Origin: Eledone cirrhosa
Lineage: Eukaryota
NCBI GenBank assembly: GCA_964016885.1
Contig: OZ024759.1
Coordinates: 10,478,001 to 10,542,000, forward strand
Direction of reading: 5' to 3'
Length of the DNA: 64,000 bases
The position numbers and the translations under genes were made by a program. Positions 13,258 to 23,634 of the stretch are shown piece after piece (the stretch's first letter is position 1; each line of letters begins with the position of its first letter). Under the pieces are notes generated by a model. It did not search any database. It was given only the letters and a program-made list of their open reading frames with translations, and was not told where the DNA came from.

Positions 13258-13449
13258 TGTTTCTACTTTTGGCACAAGGCCAGCAATTATCCCAGTGCAT
13301 TACTGGTACTTTATTTTATCAACCCCGTAAGGATGAAAGGCAAAGTTAACCTTGGCGGGATTTGAACTCAGAATAGCAAGGGCCGTAACTCTATGCTGGA
13401 AAGCATGGCGTCCGACCCTCTACTGATACTGCCAATCCACCACCCTTAG
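13258..13449 (-). mobile_element. tRNA-derived SINE family A
   Basis: B-box GAGTTCAAATCC and core GCCTTTCATCCTTACGGGGT; 20-bp TSD AAGAATGTAATAAATATAAT at 13238-13257 and 13450-13469. Confidence 0.92.
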
Positions 13450-13909
13450 AAGAATGTAATAAATATAATACAAGACATTTAGCAGGACTAAACCAGCCAT
13501 TTGATCTATGGTACCCCCGCAGATCACTGACCACTCCTGGAGAAAAACAAGAGGACTTTTAAGATTTTTTTTACTTTGACTGTCTGTCCATATATGTGCT
13601 GTATCCTTGATAAGTTTAGAATACTGGCGCTTCAGTTCGGATCTAGCTGTCGAAACAACCGGAGCTCAACCGTCAGGGTCCTGAATTTTTCATATATATA
13701 TATTTAAAAAAAGGAAAAGAATGACTTCATTTCAGTTCTAAACAATTTGATTTAATTTTATAATAGTAGATATCTACCAAATCATATAAAATTAAATCAA
13801 ATTGTTCAGAACTACAAGTGAAGTCATTCTTTTTCTTTTTTTTAAATATACCTAACTGTACCAAGGATTTCACACATTTTCCAATGTATATATGTATATA
13901 TATTTAAAT

Positions 13910-14110
13910 TTAACCCTTTAGCATTCACATTACCATGAAAATACAATAGTATATATAGAGTAAACACTTTATCTCACATAAATATCTCACATAATATAAA
14001 ATCTATGAGATTTTGAAAGTATTTATTTTGAGAACAATACCTTAACAAGTTTGAGTGACCAGTTACAACAGAAAGAGGTAGAGAATTCTGGCCGGTTTGA
14101 ACATGAAAGG
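13910..14110. mobile_element. TTAA-CCC (piggyBac-like) MITE remnant
   Basis: TTAACCCTTTAGCATT terminus and internal blocks shared with 41989 and 63662. Confidence 0.5.
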
Positions 14111-15409
14111 ATATATATATTAGTATGTAAAAGGTAAACAGAAAATAACAACACAATCAGTACAGTATATGGAAGGTATAGTGTGTGTGTGTGTGTGTGT
14201 GTGTAGAGGATTGAGGTCGGAGGTTTTGGCTAGTTACCTCCTCTGTTTTTACTAATATACTCATTCTACATCATACCATGTATTGAGTACTCCTTTGATT
14301 TGTGGTCTTCCTTGTCCCACTACCACCCACAGAATATATATATTATCATCATCGTCTAACATGCATCTTCCATGCTAGCATGGGTAGGACGGGCTGTCCC
14401 TTTGTGAGGGATCAGGGGACCATCATTCACTCACACCAAACTGATTTGGGCGTGGTTTCTACAGCTGGATGCCCTTCCTTAAGCCAACCCACATTTAATA
14501 ACAAGCCAGACAATAAGATATCACCTATTTCCACCCGCTCAATGATTTTACAAAAATTGTATGCTACAAATAAAAATTTACATATGAGAGCGGACACAAA
14601 AGGTTACATAGTCTATATATCAAAGAGAGATGTTTAATGGTTGAACCACATGAAAACTAACACACACCGTTATACTGAGAGATACAATTAAAGTATTAGA
14701 TATTCAAGAGAGAGAGTAATGTCACACGAAAGTCTAGAAACAACTTAAACTATAAAATCCTTTGATCTATAGGAAGGTTTAACAATATTGCGTTAGCTTT
14801 TATAAAGTCGTTTTACAGTCTTTGATTTTACAGAACAATGAAAAATTGATACTATTTTAAATTAATCTACCCTCCAGCTTTTATCCATATACTACTTACA
14901 GTCCGTACTAACAAAGCTAAACACTTCAAAAGCAATGTTAAGTGGTATATTGCTGTGTTTCAGATGACGTCCTTTGGAGTTGAAAAAGATCATACTGACT
15001 ATGGTTATTTCACAACATTTTAAAATCCAAGGCCAATGCTACCATTTAATCAGCATTTTACTTCCCCAGCCTAATAAGGAAGTTTTATGATTGTTTTATT
15101 TATGTCTCTCTCTCACATATTACAGTCTCACCTCATACCAGACAACACATCCAATACTGTTGTTTTCTCTTAACTATTCTGCTGGGCAAAGCCAGGTACC
15201 TCAGCTAGTAGTCTATAAACGTCGGAACACAAAATCCTGTTCTGAACTGAGATGTGGAGATGCAAATGTAGAAAATAACTAACAATAATCAGTTGGTAAT
15301 AAATAATAGTTTTAGAAAATTGTTGCAGATAATAGTTCAGTCATTGGCATCACAGAATTTCAGGATCCTGAAACCTTCCCCATTTCTAGTTCCAAACCCA
15401 TAACCTCCA

Positions 15410-15860
15410 CGAAGCATCCCCTCTACCCTTGTAGCAGTTAATGATGATGCTGCAATGCCAGTCTTTTGGTATGACCCCATTCTGTATTACTTGGTTAACT
15501 ATACGGGTGACCATAGTATGTCCCACCATTCCAGATGCCTTCAACATCTCAGCAACTATCTCCGAAGGCCCAGCTGCCTTGCCTGTCTTCATATCTTTGA
15601 TTGCCTTACTTATTATACTACCTTTAACTTGCACCACTGGTCCTTCTATTGGATCGATTTGGGGCAGACTATCTTTTTCCCATTTATTCTCCTCATTTAA
15701 TAGTCTCTTGTAGTGACACTTCCAGGCTATCTTCTTATCAGTATCAGTGATGGCAAGTACACTGTTATCATTACGGACACACTTCTCCCCGACAATATCA
15801 CGGTTTTCCTTGACACATTGCCTAGCAATCCTGAACACCTCACGTTTTTGGTCCTCACAT
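15410..15860 (-). mobile_element. RTE LINE ORF2 internal fragment
   Basis: AIKDMKTGKAAGPSEIVAEMLKA...IPKDW...YKGRGD, the pre-RT region. Confidence 0.85.
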
Positions 15861-15881
15861 AGTATATGTATATATATGTCT

Positions 15882-16100
15882 CATGGTTGGGTCGTTGGCG
15901 ACTAAACTGGCAACCCACCAAGGTTTCTTGGTGAGGAGGGTGACTTTGGACATCCTGCAGGACTAAAATCAAAAGCTGTCAAAGGGCAAAGGAGCTCTTA
16001 AGAGTCAATGGGAGAGATGACCCCTTAGCCTTTGTCAAAGCAGAATTCTAGGAGAAGGAAAACTCTGATATAACACCTGCAACCCTGATGGTATCCAATG
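15882..16100 (+). mobile_element. Dispersed repeat resembling an RTE 5' UTR (second copy about 16825-17060)
   Basis: Two similar copies, both containing CTAGGAGAAGGAAA, a motif recalled from RTE 5' regions. Confidence 0.45.
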
Positions 16101-16625
16101 ATGTTGACTTGTTCTTCTTTTTGGTAAATATCATCTTGGTTAAGAGAGTGGGACTGGCTTTGTGCAGTGCCTTTGCTCACTATAAAAGCTTCACGGCACA
16201 GGCATTGCTTTATATCTGGAGATCTCTCTACACTTGTCGTCACATGGTACCATGGGCCCAGCACTATGTGTCAATAATTGTCACAAGTGTAGTGTTTGTA
16301 CCAGAGTTTTCAAGTCGCTGGCTGGACTAAAATGTCACACTCGTTCAGCACATCGGTAGGGGTTCTCCTACATGGATATAAAGTAGTGGCCGTACTCGAA
16401 AACGAGTTGGCAGCCACCATGTATATGTATATATATGTAGTTATATAGTAAGGTGTATTATTGGTTGTGTCATACGGTCCAATAAATTTTTGTTAGCAAT
16501 ATTAAGTTCTCCACGCTTTAGTATATCTCCAATTCCATTTATGGGAACAGCTAGATGATATAAAACGGAGTATTTGTATCAAAATAAAGATCCGAAGGCA
16601 TGGTATAAATTTCCAATCATTTTAA

Positions 16626-16699
16626 TCACGACACATGTTTCAATAGGAGATAGATCGATCGTGTAGCCATGATCGATTATCACTGATCTCGTCAGGTGA
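16626..16699 (-). ncRNA. Minimal type I hammerhead ribozyme motif
   Basis: Minus strand: TCAC-CTGACGA-[stem II]-GAAA-CATGTG-TC-GTGA; stem I is TCAC/GTGA. Confidence 0.55.
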
Positions 16700-17299
16700 A
16701 AATGAATTGTCTTCAAATCCTTGATATGAGGGAGAAAATTAACGGTGTTCTCTCACAGAGTTTAGTCCCTCATATGAAGATCAAGCAGTCAAAACATGGC
16801 GTGTTTTGACTGCTTTATCTTCATATGCAACCCCACCAAGTTTACTTGGCGAGGAGGGTGATTTTGGACACCCTGCAGGACAAAAAACAAAACCTGACAA
16901 AGGGTGGAAGAACTCATAAGAGTCAGCGGCCATCCGAAAGTGTAAATATGTTTATACACATGTACCGCGTGGTTAAACCACTGGGAGTGAAGGACCCCTA
17001 GCCTTTGTCAGGGCATTCTTCTAGGAGAAGGAAACTGGGATAACTCCGATATAAAACCTGTATATATATACATCTACAGATGTAATACAGACAGTGGCAG
17101 TGAAGTGAAAGTATTTTATAGAAATAGCAGAGCCAACGTCACTCACACCTGTACTGGAGATCACACCATGAAGGGAGCCAGGGTGGCTGACACTGACACC
17201 TTAAATGACACACCAGTGCTGCTGGTGAAACTCACTAACATGTGTAAAATTGCCTACCTGAGAGACTTAGCCATATGCATGACACTAACCAAAACGCAC

Positions 17300-17810
17300 C
17301 TGACAAGCAGTATAGCAGATGCGTAAATACATATAACAAAGTATACTGTATTTCGTTCTGACAGGAAGGAGAAAACTCGTGATGGGTTTGCTCTGTATAT
17401 CCGTAAAGATGTCACACCAATTGTTCTGTTGACACATTCAAACTGATAGTAGATATGAAGCAGCTGAAAATGGTAATGTGTGTCACATATCGGCCACCCG
17501 ACGCCCCCAGTCGTGAGGGTAAGTTTGAGGATAGCCTCAAGGATGGAAGAAGTCCTTGACAGAGTCGACCAGGGTCTCAACATTCTTCTGCTGTGAGACT
17601 TAACCTACCAATGGTCAAATGGCCTGAGGGCCACCTCCTCCCTGGAATGTCATCACTCGAACAGAGACAGATGGAGTCCATACTGGCCCTAACACACAGG
17701 CTTTTCATGGAACAAGCAGTACTCCTCCCAACAAAAGGCGAGAATGCCATGGAACTCTGGTTTACAGATAACGCAGTGCTCATCCGCAATGTAAAGGTAA
17801 CACTAACCAT
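17300..17810 (+). mobile_element. CR1/L2-like LINE endonuclease-region remnant
   Basis: DGFALYIRKD, YRPPDAP and D(L/F)NLP motifs of an APE endonuclease. Confidence 0.65.
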
Positions 17811-17864
17811 TTTCTTGGATTATAACTTTGAAAAAAGGTTTTTTTCAAAATGAGTATGTTAACT

Positions 17865-19615
17865 ATGTATGTGTGTGTATATATAGGTATTAACTCTGTG
17901 TGTGTATATATAATAACCCTGTGTGTGTATATATAGGTATTAACTCTGTGTGTGTATATATAGGTATTAACTCTGTATGTATGTATATATAACAACCTTA
18001 TAGGTGTATATATATATGTATCAACTCTGTGTGTGTATATATATATATATATAACTGTTTCTACTTTAGGCACAAGGCCAGCAATTACCCAGTGCATTAC
18101 TGGTACTTTATTTTATCGACCCCGTAAGGATGAAAGGCAAAGTCAACCTCGGCGGGATTTGAACTCAGATCGTAAAGGGACGTAACTATGCTGGAAAGCA
18201 TGGCGTCCGACCCTCTACCGATACTGCCAAGCCAATATATAACAACCTTATATATGAATTAACTCTGTATGTATATATATATAACAACCTTAATATATGT
18301 ATCAACTCTGTATGTGTATATATATTCAACAACCTTATAGGTATCAACTCAGTATGAGTGTATATATAACAACTTTATAGGTGTTAACTCTGTATGTGTG
18401 TATATATATATATATAACAAACTTATAGGTATTAACTCAGTATGTGTATATAATAACCTTATAGGTGTATATATAGGTATCAACTCAGTATGTGTGTATA
18501 TATAATAACCTTATAGGTGTATATATAGGTATCAACTCTGTATGTGTGTATATATAATAACCTTATAGGTGTATATATAGGTATTAACTCTGTATGTGTA
18601 TATATAACAACCTTATAGGTATCAACTCTGTATGTGTGTATATATAATAACCTTATAGGTGTATATATAGGTATCAACTCTGGATGTGTGTATATATAAT
18701 AACCCTATGTGTATACATATAGGTATTAACTCTGTGTGTATATATAATAACCTTATAGGTGTATATATAGGTATTAACTCAGTATGTGTGTATATATAAT
18801 AACCTTATAGGTGTATATATAGGTATCAACTCTGTATGTGTGTATATATAATAACCTTATAGGTGTATATATAGGTATTAACTCAGTATGTGTATATATA
18901 ACAACCTTATAGGTATCAACTCTGTATGTGTGTATATATAATAACCTTATAGGTGTATATATAGGTATCAACTCTGTGTGTGTATATATAATAACCTTAT
19001 AGGTGTATATATAGGTATCAACTCTGTATGTGTGTATATATAATAACCTTATAGGTGTATATATAGGTATCAACTCTGTATGTATATATAATAACCTTAT
19101 AGGTGTATATATAGGTATCAACTCAGTATGTGTGTATATATAATAACCTTATAGGTGTATATATAGGTATCAACTCTGTATGTATATATAATAACCTTAT
19201 AGGTGTATATATAGGTATCAACTCTGTATGTGTGTATATATAATAACCTTATAGGTGTATATATAGGTATCAACTCTGTGTGTGTATATATAATAACCTT
19301 ATAGGTGTATATATAGGTATCAACTCTGTATGTGTGTATATATAATAACCTTATAGGTGTATATATAGGTATCAACTCTGTATGTGTGTATATAATAACC
19401 TTATAGGTGTATATATAGGTATCAACTCTGTATGTGTATATATATAATAACCTTATAGGTGTATATATAGGTATCAACTCAGTATGTGTGTATATAATAA
19501 CCATATAGGTGTATATATAGGTATCAACTCTGTATGTGTATATAATAACCTTATAGGTGTATATATAGGTATCAACTCTGTATGTGTATATAATAACCTT
19601 ATAGGTGTTAACTCT
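17865..19615. repeat. About 48-52-bp AT-rich satellite
   Basis: Unit AACCTTATAGGTGTATATATAGGTATCAACTCTGTATGTGTGTATATATAAT; about 1.5 inverted units recur at 29200-29287. Confidence 0.93.
18056..18233 (-). mobile_element. tRNA-derived SINE family A inserted in the satellite
   Basis: Near-identical to 13258-13449. Confidence 0.9.
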
Positions 19616-20864
19616 GTTTATATATAGATGTTAACTATCAAAAAATAAATAACATTTTACATATTAGATTTACAGCTTCGCGTGGCGATGCACGCAGCTG
19701 TTCGGACTTGGTCGCCTACTTGTGTATGGCGTGACCATGTGTCAGAAGATGGAATCGCTGCGAGGGCACGGGGCCTAGTTGGCAGCCGGGACTATTTGCA
19801 GGCTTGCTACATGCTGGACAGCGCGAGGAGACCGTTTTATCCAATTTACTCTAAATTTTATTAGAGTTATCTCCATTCATTTAGAGTTACTTCCCCTGTA
19901 TCGAACTCTTCTCTTTTTTTATTTGCTTTTTGGTACTTTGAAAAAATTCATTTTGGATATTGTTTTCATGTATGTAATGTTATCTTTGCTGTATATTATC
20001 GAAGAAACTAAACCTTCTCTCTATACACATACATTTCATTAGATACACACTTTATGTCAATAAACCTCACATACATTTTGGATATTGTGTTTATGTGAAG
20101 AGGCTTTTTTATGTGGCTTTCTGGCACATCTTAATATTAACCAGAATCTTTTGAGATCTGTCATCTTTGATCATAGTAAAGATTATACCCGTCTAGTTTT
20201 GAACTAAATTTTTTTTTTTAGATATCATCATCGTAATCAAAGATTAACTGTTGGTCAGTATTAACTAGATCGATATCATTTTAACATACGTAGCATAGAA
20301 CCATTTAGATTCTTCTTAGGAAACTTCATTTACTTTCTTTGTTCGTTTTTAACACTTCATTTACATTCTTAGTTTAGTTACCTCCCTCGATGTAGGAAAG
20401 GTTTTCTTGTTGTCCTATTTAATTCTATATATAATAAAAGACAAAATGTAAAAGACTTTCACTTCCTTTTACCGATGTCCAGCCTTCAAGGTCATATGCT
20501 GTGTAGTTTGCCGTAACAAGTGGGAATGGCGAAGTTTCTGTTAATAAAAAGAGGTTACATATTATATACAAATAGTGTTCAGTTTATTTTGGCAAAAATG
20601 AATAAATAAATCAAGTAGAGGTTTACCTTTTAACTAAGTACTTGTCCAGCAGTTGCCTCAAAAGGTAGATGGCATCCGTAGTACTTTTACCTGACACAAA
20701 TCCAAACTATAGAGGCATGTACTGTTTTCTTTGCTCTATACACATACATTTTATTAGATACACACTTTATGTCAACAACTCTCACACTTTGCATCTTATG
20801 TTCATGTGGCTTTCTGGCACATCTTCACCCACTCAACATGCTTTCTTTGAAATTAAAAAATAAT

Positions 20865-21040
20865 TGTTTATACTTTTGACACAAGGCCAGCAATTACCCA
20901 GCACATTACTGGTACTTTATTTTACCGACCCCGTAAGGATGAAAGGCAAAGTTAACCTCGGCGGGATTTGAACTCAGACCATAAAGGGCAGTAACTCTAT
21001 GCTGCAAAGCATGGCGTCCGACCCTCTACCGATACTGCCA
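20865..21040 (-). mobile_element. SINE family A inserted in the left arm only
   Basis: TSD AAAAAATAAT at 20855-20864 and 21041-21050; absent from the right arm. Confidence 0.92.
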
Positions 21041-23252
21041 AAAAAATAATACACATACAAATAGTGTTACCCCTTCTAAGAAACTAAACTAAACCATCTC
21101 AACGCTATATACATACTTTCTAACTCAAATTTCTCTCTGTAAACCTCACTCTGTAGATCTTTCTTTAGAGACATACATATAAAACTATATACTCTCAACT
21201 AAGAAAAATATATAAACCTTCTTCTCTATACCTTTCCTTTTTTCTTCTAATAAACATCTATACCTTTCCTTTTTTCTTCTAATAAACCTCTATACACAGC
21301 TACATTTTATTATCTTCTCTATTTCTTTCACACGTGTCCTCTTGTATGTAGAGAGAAACCTTTGTGAGATTCGAACTCACCATTGTAAAGTCCAACAACT
21401 TTACATAAATACTTTGCGCATTGATGTCCAATTTTTTCGGCGCATGCGTACTTTAGTAAAATTAAATGGCCGCATGAAGAACTTCATGTTTTACAACGTG
21501 AATTAAAAAAACGTTAAAAACTTGGATTTTACTCATTTTACGGAGGTAAAGTAAAGCTTTATTTTATGTTGACCAGTTTTGAAACATTTTCTGTTTATTT
21601 CCCTCCATAATGTCAGAATTATTTAAACATTAGTTTTGTTTAGCGACATCTTACATTCTAATATAATACAGCACCCCCTTCATACATATTTCTTGCTCAT
21701 ACGAAATAGTGTATTTTATTAATTATTATTTAAGCTGGTAAATAATATATTTCTATTTCCCTTCATGATATCCTCATATTTTGTAATCAGAGGTTAACTG
21801 TTGATCAGTGTTAACTAGATCGATATCGCTTTAACTTTTAACTTACAACCATTTATATTCTTAGTTTCTTACGCTAGAAACTTCATTTACATTTTTAGTT
21901 TCTTTTTTTCAACACTTCATCTACATTCTTAGTTTCCTTCCAACAATATTATTTAGACGATAGTTTTGTTGAGGCTACTGCCACATTTCTCTGTCATATG
22001 AATTAGAATTTAGCTTATTTTCTTTCTTATTTAAATAATATATTTCTAGTTCCCTTCACGATATCCTCGTGTTTTGTTGTAAATTCATTTTCGAGGACTT
22101 GCTCCTGTCACACATGATGTTGGTTGCTATATTCTGGTTATTAATATTAACCAGAATTTTTTTAGATCTGTCGTCTTTGACGGGATGAATGTTACACCCG
22201 TCTTGTTTTGGCCATAAAACTTAGGTTTTGTACCCATTTTTTAAAATAGATACCATGATCGTAATATAAGATTAACTGTTGATCAGTGTTAACTAGATCG
22301 ATATCACTTTAACCTACGTAACATAGAACCATTTACATTCTTAGTTTCTTCTTACGAAACTTCATTTACTTTCTTTGTTCCTTTTCAACACTTTATTTAC
22401 ATTCTTTAGAAACTTCATTCTTAGTTTCTTTTTCCATTTACATGCTTAATTTTAGACACTTCATATACATTTTTAGTTTCTTACTTTAGAAACTTCATCT
22501 ACATTCTTAGTTGTTTTTTTAGATATCCTCATCGTAAACAAATATTAACCAGATCGATATCGCTTTAACTTTTAATCTACGTAACAAATAACCATTTACA
22601 TTCTTCTTTAGAAACTTCAACTACATTCTTAGTTACTCCCTCGATGTAGGAAAAAGTTTTCTTGTTTCATCTATTTAAATGTATAAAAGACAAAATTGGA
22701 TGAATTTTATAAAGTTTAACATTCTTTTTATTGATAACGTATGTAAATGACTTTCATTTCTTTTACAGATGTCCAGCCTTCAAGTTCCTCTGCTGTGTTG
22801 TTTGCCGTAACAAGCGGGAATGGTGTAGTTTCTTTTAATAAAGAAAGTTTACATATTATATACGAATTGTATTGTTTATTTTGACAAAAATGAATAAAGA
22901 AAGTTTACATCTTATATACGAATTGTATTGTTTATTTTGACAAAAATGAATAAAGAAAGTTTACATCTTATATACGAATTGTGTTCAGTTTATTTTGACA
23001 AAAATGAATAAAGAAATGAAGAGTCTACAAGAAACTGAGTAAGCCGTCATATAAAGAACGTAAGTGTATTGAAGTTTCTAAATAAAGAAACTAAGAGTAA
23101 AATAAAGTTTCCTGAAAGAAACTGAGAAAGATGAAGTTTCTAAATAAAGAAACTAAAAATGATAAAGTTTCTAAATAAAGAAACTAAAAATGTTTTTGAA
23201 ATTGTCGAAAGAAAATTCTATGAAACGGGACCCCTTTTTTTTTTTTTTTATT

Positions 23253-23634
23253 CAAGGGAGGTAACTCTAATATTTTGAAGGAATTACCTCCCTTGCAAAA
23301 TCACCTTCGTCACCGTCGTTACCACCGTCGGCACCTTCGTAACCGTCGTCACCATTACCGCCGCCACCTGGTGGCGGAGGAAAAGATACCGACGACGACG
23401 AAGGTGCACCGTCGTCTTCGTCGATATCTTTACCGCCGCCACCTGGTGGCGGAGGTGAAGACACCGACGAAGACGACGGTGCACCTTCGTCGTCGTCGGT
23501 ATCTTACCTCCGCCACCAGGTGGCGGCGGTAATGGTGACGACGGTTACGAAGGTGCCGACGGTGGTAACGACGGTGACGAAGGTGATTTTGCAAGGGAGG
23601 TAATTCTTTCAAAATATTAGAGTTACCTCCCTTG
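23253..23634. other. GC-rich nested-palindrome core of the giant inverted repeat
   Basis: Three CCGCCACCWGGTGGCGG copies, two GGTGCACC copies and two flanking CAAGGGAGGTAA..TTACCTCCCTTG stem-loops. Confidence 0.92.

Noticed and set aside
13618-13685. Additional hammerhead on the minus strand (CTGACGG...GAAG)
   Set aside because: Both core boxes deviate from consensus and stem I is not evident; at best a dead relic.
23267-23612. Short Arg-rich and Pro/Gly/Asp-rich ORFs in the GC core
   Set aside because: Mirror-image ORFs on both strands arise from the palindromic low-complexity sequence; no domain similarity recognised.
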